This document shows, one piece after another, positions 32,353 to 45,692 of a stretch of DNA of 64,000 nucleotides. The notes beneath the pieces are model-generated. The model saw only the letters and a program-made list of their open reading frames with translations, searched no databases and was not told the DNA's origin. The stretch is from Chrysomallon squamiferum (lineage: Eukaryota; Animalia; Mollusca): positions 9,858,001-9,922,000 of the forward strand of contig CM022673.1 in assembly GCA_012295275.1 (NCBI GenBank), in the 5' to 3' direction. Position numbers and translations under genes: made by a program. Position 1 is the stretch's first letter; every line of letters starts with the position of its first letter.

Positions 32353-32630
32353 AGCTGCTGATGCTATCACTGCTACTACTTTTACTACTGTAAAATTGTT
32401 TTCATTATTATCATTATTATTAATTAAAAGTGAATATTTCAGAGTGACCTGAATATTTCTTTAGTGGGTTTGTTTACATTGTGACTAGCGAAGCATGACA
32501 TTCGTTTCATGTCTTTTCTTAATTTAAAAATTGAAAAACAAATAATTTAAAAAGAAGAAGTTATCTTAGATTTTACAAAGAGAAGCACGTGCTACAGAAA
32601 TGTATAAAGATAAAATGAATAATGATAGTC

Positions 32631-32694
<64 letters not shown>

Positions 32695-32786
32695 TAATTT
32701 AACAAACAGAAATTATCTGCTTCAGTGATTCTCTGTGTAGGCGTAAGACAAATTTACATTTCAAAAACGTTTTGTTACGCTGTGTC

Positions 32787-32867
<81 letters not shown>

Positions 32868-33504
32868 AAAATGTTCAACAAATATTAAACACAAAAAAAA
32901 GCTCACTGAAATTTTAAACTCAGCTTTCTTCTTTTCATCCATATATAATTTTAAAATATAATTTATTATTAACTTCTCAAATAATCAGCCCTGAAACTCG
33001 TTACACGAACCAGTTTGTGAAAGTCGTTGCAAGCCAAACTGTTTGAGCAAACACGTCCAGGACTTTCCTGTAATTCACTGTTTGTTTACCCATGACCTCA
33101 AAAACCGAGCCATTCAAAATTATTCTTTATTATTCAGTATAAAAATCATCAGTTCGTTTCCAATGTTCACGTTAAAATCCACAGTAATGAAATGCAAGTA
33201 ATGTTGAATTTTACGTGAACAATAACGTTTGGAATCGTATTGATAACTAGGATTGAGATTTTTTTTTTTGCTACAGTAAATATTATGGCGTCAGTTTGTA
33301 CCAGCGGATACTGGGACAGTCGAGATGTGAAAAACGTTATTTACTGTGAGCAGGTGATCTTACTTCAATGGAATTCGGAAAATTAAGTTCACGACGCAAA
33401 TAAATTATTTCTATGTCCTAATGCTTAGACAAAGAAATACATATCACTTAATATATATGTAACTATTTTAAAAAGCCAGCCCAAATCTATGTATGGGTTT
33501 GTCG

Positions 33505-33573
<69 letters not shown>

Positions 33574-34207
33574 GAATATGTGTGTGTGTGTATATATATA
33601 TATAAAACTCATTTATTAAATAAATTGTGTCGTAAATTTTCTAACACTAGTCTGTTTACATTTTGTTTTCTTCTTTTTAAAACTGTAAACGCCAACGCAA
33701 TCTTAATGAAATAAATTATGAGATAAATGTTCTAATAACAGTGTATGATAATTTTATTTTAACAGAATAATATTGTTTTGGAGTTTGTATTAATCGCGTA
33801 CTTGCACTAAGAACTGAACTAAACTTGACAATCCTTTGCCATACTGACTCATTCTAAAATTAAACATAACAGCAGATGCCCTTTTATTATTATATCGAAC
33901 AAAGAGACTTTATAAATAGTACATTACTTGTGTAGTAATTATTTTAAAATACACTTTACTCATACCTGAACTTAACAAAAATAATATAAAATAAATAAAT
34001 ACAGAAATTCTGACGAATAAAAGACATTTTAAAAAGCAATGGCGGATCTATTAATAACGAAGATTATTGATTAGCATTTGTATTCTTTCTTTTTTTTTTT
34101 TTTTTTTTCTTTTTATCATTTACCTTACCTGTATGTGAAATAATCCCTAAAACCAGGTATACTAATAACGGGGTCCACGAATACATCCCTTGTGGCAACA
34201 AATACAT
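28041..34207 (-). CDS. Small secreted Sushi/CCP-domain protein (signal peptide + 2 CCP + Cys-rich tail), ~159 aa
   Basis: Exons 34207-34129 (MYLLPQGMYSWTPLLVYLVLGIISHT), 30646-30485 (ACPRPPFVPNA...VTYRCIDGFLLVDGPAVILCEANDKWSDVNFYCK), 29015-28836 (GCSHPTLIPNA...TVTYECNPGFTLENGPAEIICLSSGEWSKETFNCK) and probable last exon 28099-28041 (GHCAVTQCAVKCECVFGVV*) followed by AATAAA. All introns phase 1; canonical C..P..Y.C..GF..G..C..W..C pattern. Confidence 0.8.
33508..33571. repeat. (TG)n microsatellite
   Basis: Perfect TG run. Confidence 0.95.
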
Positions 34208-34297
34208 GACTGCATAGAGTATTTATTAAATTTAATCTGTTAACCACTTTTTATCTAGTAACGCTTGTGTTAGGCAAACGGCCATACGACAGCAGGG

Positions 34298-34309
34298 GGT
34301 CACGTGACC
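34298..34309. promoter_or_regulatory. Palindromic extended E-box GGTCACGTGACC (USF/MiT-TFE CLEAR-type) upstream of the Sushi gene
   Basis: Perfect 12-bp palindrome ~90 bp upstream of the Sushi-gene ATG, in the divergent Sushi/TMEM117 intergenic region. Confidence 0.45.
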
Positions 34310-34794
34310 TCACAATCAATGCGATGCAGAATTTGCTCATTCGTGTGTGACCGCGATTTGTGTCGCTCAAAATACGAGGTCGCTATATTCAATATGAATA
34401 TTTATTACACGACTGTTAACGTGATTAAACTGGTTTAGGGTGAAATGAATATTAACATAGATCTCACACTTGGTTTAGTATTAGTAAAAAAGTATTTCCT
34501 GTTCAACAGAATTTAAATCTGGCGGTTTTGCGGTGAGAATAAAAATCAGAATACGTTAGTAATTTAGTGTTGAGATGATAGACTATAATCATAGGCACAG
34601 AATTAACAACTATAAACTGAAATTTAGTAATAATTATTTTTTCTTTCTGTTTGTCTTAACTTATTTTTTCTTCTTTATTTATTTATTTATTTATTTATTA
34701 ATTTATTTATTATTGTTGTTGTTGTGGTAATTTTTTTTAAAGTGAGAATGATTCATACCTATTTTTGGTAAAAACATGGTTTGGATAAAATACC

Positions 34795-34834
<40 letters not shown>

Positions 34835-35194
34835 TGTTTAGCAATTCGGAAAGCGTTGCTACGCATGCGTGATCATAACTAAATCATTAATAATGAACAG
34901 CTGTTCACGTCTCTGGGTATTTGTGAAAAGCTGTATTAATTAAATACATACATACATACATACATACATACATACATACATACATACATACATACATACA
35001 CATATACACACACACATATATATGCATACAGACGCACATACATACATATAAAGTTTTTGTAATATTCTTGAAGTCTTAGAAAATAGTTATATTTTCAAAA
35101 ATTATTCTAACTTCTAAAACCTGTCTATTCTTTTTATTTTTGTATTTACTTAGTTATTTATTAATCATCAATGCTATTATTGTCATTGTTGTTG

Positions 35195-35259
<65 letters not shown>

Positions 35260-35693
35260 GCAGCTGTAGTTACGATTGCTGCAAACTGTTCATTATTATT
35301 TTATGGGTATTTCAAAGAACCTATATTACTTTAAATTTCACTTTTATTTTTCTTAAAGCAGAACAATGACCTTGATATTAAATGCTGTTTGATGGATAAC
35401 ATGTTCAGAATTGCATGTTTAAACCTAATTTGTATATGAAGGAATACACTCAAATCAAATTAACTAGGAGGCTTGCCCGGAATTGGAGGATTTTACCACA
35501 GAAAAGGAAAAAAAAATAAAAAAGAAAGAAAACGGATGTCGTCTGCATTTTACAGCGGTGACAGGCACGGTCATCCTTGTTTTGTTATGAACGTTGGTAT
35601 GTAGGCGTTGGCAGTCAAATTCGAAATGAGTTCACAGATTGACAGCAATTTTGCCTTGTTGTGTATGAAGGCATTAGTACTGTACATATTAAG

Positions 35694-38600
35694 ATGAACG
35701 AACAAGAAGAAAAAAAGGTGCAAGATGATGTTAAAAATGGCTCGGCAGAGAAAAATGTCAAAAGAGCCAACAGTAAACCGACTAGTACTACTAACAGCCG
35801 GATGTCGGCGAATGTTGGCGATGAACATACGGATAAGGTATGGTATACCGTATACGCATTTAAATTATAAATGGTGGTCCAAAAGTAGCTGGACACCACT
35901 CTAACCCTAACCCTAACCCTAACCCTAACCCACATACTGTCCACCTACTTTTGGACCACCCTGTATTTATTACTCAGACTTTTTGTTGAGTTTGCTTCTT
36001 AATCAAATTAATTAACTCAAAGCTATGGTGTATTAATATTATATGTTATATCCTGTACCACAGATTCCTTATAAACATGTAAACAAAAGTGTTAATTGTC
36101 AAAGTAGTGTACTACATTAAACAGAAAAAGAAACTATATAAAAATACATCATTGTATAATTATGAAAATTTTAACTTAAAATGAAGGGTATGTATGATCA
36201 ACAAAATTGTAAATTCAAATGATGGGTTTTTAATTCTGAAGTAAAATGAAAGGTATTTTCTAATATTTTGTTTTCAAACATTCCTATAATTTTTTTAATG
36301 TTTTTTTTTTTTTTTTTTTTGTGTGTGTCTTTTTTCAACTATTATTATAGCAGTAATATGTAAGTGATTAAATACACAATCATAAATAGGTGCAGAAGGC
36401 ATTTTAATAAAAATAATGAATTTCTCTTTACAGAACAAAGAAGAACACATAGATGAAAATAATTTAAATAACCATAAATATAAACCAAAACCAATCTCTG
36501 AAGATTCAAAAACTATTGAAGATAAATTTAATGACCAGAATCAACCAATCAATCAAAATGCATCTAATTCACTTGAAGAATATGCTATAGTTGCACCAAA
36601 AGCAGAATTTGAAAATGTGGACTTAGATTCCCAAGAATTTGATAAAAATTCTGAACTGAATCCTGATGGTCAGGCAACACATGAAGACAGTTTTGATGAT
36701 GCAGATATACCCAATGTTGAAATTGAAAACATCAGCAAGAAAGATGAACCAGATGCTGCAAGTGTTTTTTCTTTGTTTATGGAAAAAGATTTTCGTTATT
36801 ACTTTCAGCACCCTTATTTTCGCTTAGTTTTGGCTTACTTTGTGACTTTTTGCAATTTTCTTATTTATGCTGAAGATCCAGTTGCACATAGCATTAAAGA
36901 AAGCACAATCCCAGTTATTGGGAATGATTTTGCATTTATATTTACACGGTATCCACAAAATGCATGGAGTTTACTCAAAGTGGTTTTCTGGCTTGCTGGA
37001 ATTCTATCTGGAATGGTTATAGGCAAAGTTTTTGTCCACACTCTTCTCTTTAGTAAGTATTACATATTTTATTATTTTGTTTTGGTTAATACAGAGAATA
37101 CATATTCATTTACTTTTGAAAAAGTCTTACTATAAAACTAATCAAAATAATCATTGGTAATTTGGACTTGACACAATTTTATTCAGTTAATGTTTATAAA
37201 ATAGAAAATTAATAAATAAAAATGTGGAAATAAAAATTTACTTGAAGTAAAATTTCAGTTTTAGAATAGGTGATACATTTTATTGTTTTAATATAATTCT
37301 CTAAAATAAAAACAAAAATTGTAAATTGAAAATTTTTAAAATACAAAAACATTAAAATGTAAAAGAAAGAAAAAAAATGCATTTCTGAACATTTAATGAC
37401 ACCACCATATTATCAAAAAATGTAACAACATTAAGTATAATAATTTATATCGTGCTAACTATTAATAAATGTAAAATTTAATTTTCCTGCATTTCTCTTC
37501 AAATGTCAGTATTTTAAAATGAAAATGCGCATTGTTTTTGGAATGTTGGAAATATATCTAGGTGGAATTGCTGCATGCATTGCAAAGATTCTAGGTCAAG
37601 CTGCTTATTACATACTTGTCAACAAGATGTTGTCACATTTTAGCACTAGCAACATTTATTGTTATGTCTTCTTGATATTTTACTTTATAAACATATTTGA
37701 AAATTTCTTCTTTATACACTATATTAAATGAAAGCATGATTAATAGTATTATAATTCTGTGCATGTATTTGTTAGGTCTATTTGTTAACTAAATTTTAGT
37801 TTAATGGTTTATGTGCGTGCACAAAGAATCGATAAACTGGTAAAGAGTTTTCTTGATTAGTTGCATTCAGGATTTAATCATCAGTCAATTCTGTAGATAT
37901 TTACTGTTAATGAACTTTGGTATCTTCACAAATGTAGTGTGCAGGAGATATATATGTGTATTATTTTCTACCATTGCTTTATTTTTTATGTATTATTAAA
38001 GATAGTTAATTCAAAATATTTTCATATAAAAATATAAAATGTTTTCTAATAATACAATACATAATTATAATATATTCTAAGTTGATATCATTACATGCAT
38101 GTTCTTCAATCTTGTTCAGTGGTATGTAATAAAAAGGACTTGAACTATAAATAGTATAATTCTTAAACAGTTAAAATAATTTACAAATTTGAAAGTACTA
38201 AATGATTTAAATAATGCAGTTATTATAATATTGTCATAATTGTGTGTAATAAAAGAAAATTTTGTTCCTGTTCACCTTTCATTCTTTTCCCTTTCTTCTG
38301 TCTTTAATTTATTAGTTTTACATTTAGCTAATTAGAAATAAATATATTTTAAAATTTTTAATTTCTAACAATATTAATAAATGAAAAAGACATTTTAAAA
38401 ATGTTTAAAAACAGTACTGAAAATATGGATCAGATTTATTAATAGAGAATAAATAAATATAATAAATGGATAGTGAATGATAAATTTAAATTCAGAATAC
38501 TAAAATAAGGGATGGGTTTAAAAATATTCAGTATATATATATGCGCATGTAAAAGTATTCATTTTGAAAAAGTGCATATAAAATGGTAATGAAAATCTAT

Positions 38601-41346
38601 CATCTAAACAAAGATATTAATTTTATTTCTTTCTAGACAAGGTTTGGCGACTGAAAATGTTTCAGGGAGACAAAGGCTCCTGGGTGATCATATTTCTCTC
38701 TGTAGTGCTGACAGTTTTCATTTTTTCTCATCTCTACAATGCTTTTCTCCTTATTGGTGGTGATTCTACAGTCGAGTACAAAATTTCAGAACTAATAGGA
38801 ATGTCAAACTCTTGGTTCATGAAAGCTGCTGCTTGTGGCACTTGGTGTGGGGATTTTTTTACAGCTTGGATGGTAAGACCTAAATCAGTTCAGTGTTCTG
38901 AAAGGGAAACAAGGACAAAGGCACAATCATTCAACACTTAGTTTTTCTATTAAATTGCATATATTTGAGAAAAAAAAAAAAAAAAATAATAATAAAAAAA
39001 AATAATAAAATGATTTTTATTAGTTGATTAGCTGTTTCACTTATATCATTTATAGGTTGGACATTTTTCTATCTTTATTAACATTTAGTAGCATATTATT
39101 TTTACTTCTTATTAAATCATTTTCTTTCTTCTTTTTTTTTTTGGAAACATTTTCTACTTTTTTCTTTCTTTTTTCTCTATTCACTGCATACTTTGAAACA
39201 GATTCTACTTTTTCCAGATAGATATGTTTTTAATTTACTTTTGTGTTACAACAAAATTATTAATTAACAGGTAACAGATATAATGCTACAAGAAAAACTG
39301 TATCCTAAATGGGCTGTACGTGTAAGAGCATGGTGGATTGACAAATACAACAGAATCATATTATTTTGGATTGTCACCTTGTTAACATCGTTTGCTGTCA
39401 TCTTTACTATATCAACTGATTTTATCAGCTGGGATACACTGAATCATGACTTCCTTCCAACCAATGAGTTATCCAGATCCTTCTTGGCTTCTTTTATATT
39501 GGTCTTTGACATCATGATTGTCATGCAGGTATTTAAATGGATACATTATCTCTTGTTGTCAGTGAATAATAAATGATTACCTCCTATTTGAATGCATGAT
39601 AATGAGTGGTTTTGACGTGTTATATGCATTACATAACAGCTGGAAGTTTCTGAATACAGTGGAGCATTGTTTAATAGTTTATTTTACAGTTTGTGTGAAA
39701 ATATTTTCCTTCTATTTATTTTGCCCCTTCTCTCATGTGTGTGTGTGTGTGTGTGTGTTTGTGTAAAGAGGTTTATGAATAATGTTATTAAATACAATGA
39801 AATTAATGGCTATTTAAAGGACATATAATTTTATTATTTCTGTGTTTAATTTTACAACAATACATAAAAAATACAAACATTGGTATTCATTTTAATATTA
39901 CAGCCAGCAAAACTATTTTACTTAAATATAATATGATTAATATTGTTACAGGATTGGGATTTCCCTCATTTTCTAAATCCCATTGATATCAAACTACCAG
40001 GATTAAACACTGCTCACATAGAATTTGATATACCAAAGTATCTGAAGAGAGAATCCTGGCATTTCCATATTACTGGTATGTATGAAATAAATAAATATAA
40101 TTATTTATAATCATAATAATGTGTATATATTTGTGAAGAAGATAAAGTGCTAAACATGGAATAACAACAAAATTTTAATACTGGATTATGTTAAATATAT
40201 CCTTGGTTTTTAATCAAAAGCACTGAATATTTCGGATTGTTTTGCAGAGTAACAGAAAGCAAAATATTAGCATAACATAAATATGCAGGTAAATCCTTAA
40301 ACTGGTTATAAGGAAGAAGGAAGTAATCCATTTACTAAATGACTCATTCAACATATTTCTCAATCTGTGATTAAGGACCTTACAGATAACAAGCTGTCTT
40401 CTGATGATTGGCTGCTCTTTTAGCTTTTATCTTCAGCTTCTTTTAACACAGACCTTTTATCGCTGGTTTCCTATAATTCTCTTTACTATATCCTGTAATT
40501 CACTGCATCCTAGCCAAGCTCTCAAATCACTGAGCCACACTGTACATTTCTCAATGAAACTAAAGAAACCAGAAAATATATTCCTACTTAAAAATATTTC
40601 TAAAGCTACATTTTATGAAGGTTGGCTTAAAATAAATGAAATTGATGAAAGAGTGAAAACTTAGGGCTTTCATTATTATTATTTCATTTGCCATTTTAGT
40701 GATTCCATGACTTACAAATCAGTAGTTTTCATTCCTTTTTATTTCTAATTATTTTATCGTAACAGGAAAATGGTTCAATTATGGGATATTATTTTTTGTC
40801 ATTCTTCTCGACATGAACATGTGGAAGAACCAGATCTTCTATCAGCCAGTAGACTATGGCCAGTATACTGATGCAGATGGTAGAATACATACTGTACTTG
40901 ATGAGTACAGCCTCAACACGTTCAATGCATCACTTCTGACATACAGTTACAGAAACAACACCATAAATCCTGCCACTAATGAAACTTTCATCTCTGGGGA
41001 TGGGGTTATGAACAGTCGATTCTATAACTTTTCACTTCCTGTCAAAGCTATAGCATTCATTCCAAATATTGCAGTGTTTTTGTTGTTTGGTATTCTCATC
41101 TGGGTTTATGGCCGATTTAAACCAACCAAAGATGATCCTTATGCCGGGAGATTAAAGAAACGCAAGAAAGGCTGGCGAAGATTCAGTGATAAATTCAGGT
41201 TCAAAAACCTGAGGAAAGGGATTAGAAGTGCTGAACCAGTGCTGAAACATTTCAAGAACAGAGGTAACCACAAAGAGGATATTGAAGATGCCTGTAAAGA
41301 GGAGAATAACCTGGAAAATCAGCAATCTGTAAATGATAGAAATTAA
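35694..41346 (+). CDS. TMEM117: Transmembrane protein 117, ~653 aa
   Basis: Exons 35694-35837, 36434-37052, 38637-38872, 39271-39528, 39952-40075, 40766-41346, all GT-AG and in frame. Hallmark motifs MEKDFRYYFQHPYFRL..AYFVTFCNFLIYAEDPVAHS, FMKAAACGTWCGDFFTAWMVTDIMLQ, MQDWDFPHF, ITGKWFNYG, LDMNMWKNQIFYQP.DYGQY. Confidence 0.95.
35870..35963. mobile_element. Mini Tc1/mariner-like MITE with internal (TAACCC)5
   Basis: Inverted repeats GGTGGTCCAAAAGTAGCTGGACA and TGTCCACCTACTTTTGGACCACC(CTG|TA) enclose CTAACC x5 at 35901-35930. Confidence 0.7.
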
Positions 41347-44300
41347 ATTATAGAGTGTTTAAATTTGATTTCATAAACCATATGGTTATAGCAAAATTGC
41401 TGTTAGATAACTAAGTATTGCCTTAATATATTAAGCTTTATTCGTTTTGCCATGTGTCTTTACAATTTGTTTTATATGCTTTAATTATATACAGTGCTTA
41501 ACAGTCAATGTAGTTATTACAAAGACTTGCTTAAATTTAAAAATATTGAAAGCTAACATCAACAGATGTTTTCCTTTAGTTAACAACATGAATTGCAAAT
41601 TATAAAAACCAGATGTACAGTACTAATTTTACATTTAGCAAGGAATTTCATTTTATTTTAATATATTTAATATTAAGATGAATAATTAATCACTTTTGTG
41701 CAATGCTGTTATATTCATAGGCTCTGTTTGTTATCTTTTATTGTGGGATGAAAGATTAAAGTCTTGAAATCCTGAAAGCCTATGGGCCCAGCTGTGGGTT
41801 AATTTGGCCCTGCTTTATAGAAAATGCCTTTAATTTTATATTTTAAGAAATTAAAAAGTTAAAAAAATATATATATAATAATTTCTTTCCATTAGTGTTA
41901 TACTTCCCTAACAATTTTTGTCAGAGTAATCTTGTTTGTTAAAAGCAGTAATAGTTTTATATGTTTGCTGTTGATTTATGAAATGTCACATTTTATTTCA
42001 GCATGCATTCATCAAGCTTTGCTTGAGTTTGTAGAACTAAATTTTAAACTTTGTTTATTTCTTAAAGATGTTAATAGTATGTAGCTTTCTTGTTTTAATT
42101 TTTTTTTAAAAGCTACAGGATACACAAATGTATTTTTGAAAATTAAAATAAAGAATTCTCATTTACATATGATATAATATCTTATAATCTCAGATTAAGG
42201 ATAATACAGCTTTTTAAAATGAATGTTCTTCTTGTATATGAACATTAATTTATAATATATAGCTTTTCTAAGCTTTATTTTAAAAAGAGAATATTTCTAT
42301 TTTTCAGTTAATTTGATTAAGACATAATACAATGGGAATAATAAGCTTTTTGACAATTTTACCATGTTTATAAAGATTTTCTGATCATCATAATAAGATT
42401 GTCTTTTTGTAAAGTACCAATTTTTGCTGTTATATATTATAAGTAATATATTTTCATTAAGCTAGTTGATGTTTTAATGCAAGTTTTACTAGTCTGATAT
42501 TCATGATCATTTTTTCTTAATACATTATTTTATATACATATTTATAATGCTTATACACATATTTTGAAGGTTTTTCTTTTTTTCTTTTGCTCATACCTTG
42601 CAGCATAATGTATTTATGTTGCATCCTGACAGAGAACTGTTATTTTTATATAATTTTTGTATAACCTATCTACCCTCAACCCCAAACCTCCAAATAGGGA
42701 ACTGCATATCTTTTCTTATAAGTGTTAATAACAAGACTGGGCATAATTTTTATTATTTTATAAATATTTTATTTTATATTTTTTACTTTCTTAATTTTGT
42801 TCACGACTTTATATGGATGTAAATCAAGATACTTTTACATAATATCTAATCTTTGTTTTTTGTTTTAATTTAAGTTCTTTACTTTGTTTTGTTTTGATAT
42901 CTTTTGAAAATATTTTTGATTTATTTGGTTTTATCGTTAATCAAAAATATAATTTTCTTTTTTTAATATATATATATTTTTTAAATAACAAGACATAATA
43001 TCCAGATTATTATTTTATATATATATATGTTTTCATTTTAAAGGTTTTCTATATTGTAAAAGACTGAAAAAATATTTTGAATTTATAGAAATCTAATAAT
43101 ATATTATAAAGTATATTGCTGTTTGCTTGCCATTAATTTGTGCATCATATTTTTAGGTAATTCTATAATTTTTAATTTTAATTTCTAACAATTATTATTA
43201 ATTTGTTTTGCTTTGTTTTACTTTTGTACTTTTTGTATTACACTGAAGATGATGTTTTTGTATTAGATAATAAGACATTTTTATACAAATTAGACATTTG
43301 ATATATAATTAAAAAGAAAAGAAAAAAAGAAAAAGTAATGTTCTCTTCTGCTGGTCATAGAGAAATCTGTTTCTGTTGACAAACAGTGTAGTCATATAAT
43401 GAATGCTAAAATGAAATTTAAATAGTAGGTGCCAAAGAATAAATATCATAAAATGTATAGGTACTCAAATATAAACAAATACTGAATAATGCAGAAACAT
43501 ACCTTCATGATGGGATTTATATTTATATGGGTTACTTTATTGGCTGTGTGGTTAATATACATGTTTGCATTTTATAATACATTCCAAACCCTATTTAGTT
43601 GTTAGTTACATATTTGTTGTTGTTTTTTTGTTGTTTTTTTTCAAAACTTTATTATTATTATTACTATTATATAATAGAATCTCAAAAGCTATGGAACATC
43701 AAAAGTACAGTATTGATGTTTACTTTGCTTTTTGTTATACATTGCAATGAATTATTTTGTTTCTTACCAAAAAAAGAAACAACAACAACTACAAAGAGAA
43801 AAAAGGAACACTTCAACAAAATCGATTTATACAGTGCTTTGTAATGTTTATATATTTTAATAGTAAGAATGGGCATTTGAAAATGATATTTTTGTATGTA
43901 ATATACTGAACTGTCTTTCAGCAACAACAACAACAAAACAAAACAAAAAACAACACTAATAGCAGCTCAGATGTATCTGAGCAATGTTACATTTAAATAT
44001 GTGAAGTATGTGTTTTTATTGCAGTAATACACTTGAGGCTGTTTCACAGAATATTCCTATTTTATTTTTTAATTCAGATAATTACGATTTTAATATTATT
44101 TATTAACAAGTTGTATAATGCTTGTCACCAGAAGCAATACATAAATAAATAGCAGTGTTATTAGGTGTATTATGAAATCAATATCCATAACCATATAATT
44201 GTATTGAATCATTATTAGTCTGTGATTTGTTTGATTTATTTATTTGGTATGAAATTAATGTCGTAGCAAAAGAAGAATTATTAATTAAGTTACATCCCAA

Positions 44301-45645
44301 AATTAATTCAGTATTTCTTACACATAAATGTTTGTTTGATAGAATATGAAACAGAAATGTTTCTCATCATGTATAAAATATTACAGCAGATCAAACAACA
44401 GTAAAAAAACAAACCCGATGTAATGGAAAATTAATGGGGTTCTATATGAATGGGTTCTTTTTAGGTGATAAAGTAGTAAATTAATGTTACCTTCCTTAAT
44501 ATTGCAACAAAATATTGTAAAACTGTTGATACTTTAGACAAATGATTATTATAATATGTCTTTCAATTTATATTGTATTTTATTGACTTTTGTTAAACTC
44601 TGAATGGTAGTAATTGTGATAACATGTATAATTATATTTGTGTTAATCGGGATTTTGTAGTATGTATATAACTATTGTGCCTTTGAATAATGTAATTGTG
44701 AAAGTAGGTCTTTCATCTGTCAAAATGTAATGAATTGTTATTTGTTATTGTGTATGTTTGTTATAGTTTTAGACTGAGAATATTTCCACTAGAATCAGTA
44801 AAATAGAAAATTGTTGTCATTTCTTTGTTACTGGTATAATACCTTTATATAAAACAATATTTATGAATATTATTAATTTAACTTTTGGCTCAGTAATTGA
44901 TTATGTTTGTATTTATTATATTTTTATTACTGATAATTTTTATTATTATTATTTTTTTAATAATTTATTTGAAGAGCTTTCTCCAAACATGAAATAATTT
45001 ATATTTGACAAAAATGAAAAGACTTTTAAAGATAGTGACGGTTATTCATCTGATACATGTGTAGTTAATAAATAACAAAAGATAACCCTTTGTCAGGCAG
45101 TCTTTATTTTTTATTTTTTACATTTTTCATTCTCTTTTTATTTTTCTTCTGTTCTTTTTTATTTTTTGCTTGCACATTAACTTACTAGTTTTAACAGACC
45201 ATACTAATTTTATTTGGTTTTCTATTAGATTAGGTAGACAAGAGACATAATTATCTTTACTACCGTGGTCATTTACACATTTCAGTGTCTATGAACTGTT
45301 CACAGTAAGCATGCTTGAACCAGAAACTAAGTTAGTCAAAGCTCATTTAATAGGTTCTGTATTGATTTCTGATTTAGACTTATTTCCGAATACAAAGTAA
45401 CGATACTGAAATCATGTAGAAACGCTAAATTAGTAATTGTGTGTGTGCTACCTAATCAAAACATTTGGTGATTTTACATTTTTGAAATTCTTATCCCGGT
45501 AATCTGAAAGTTTTGCTGTTATAAAATAGCAAAAGTTAAAATGTTTAGAAGATGTTTTTAAAATAGACAAAATAGAGATAGTAATAATAAATTAACAATA
45601 GTCATGTTCAGTATTTTATTTTTTGTAATTTGGTTTTTATTTATG

Positions 45646-45692
<47 letters not shown>

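Noticed and set aside
35901-35931. Telomere or chromosome end
   Set aside because: Only five units, enclosed by inverted repeats inside an intron.
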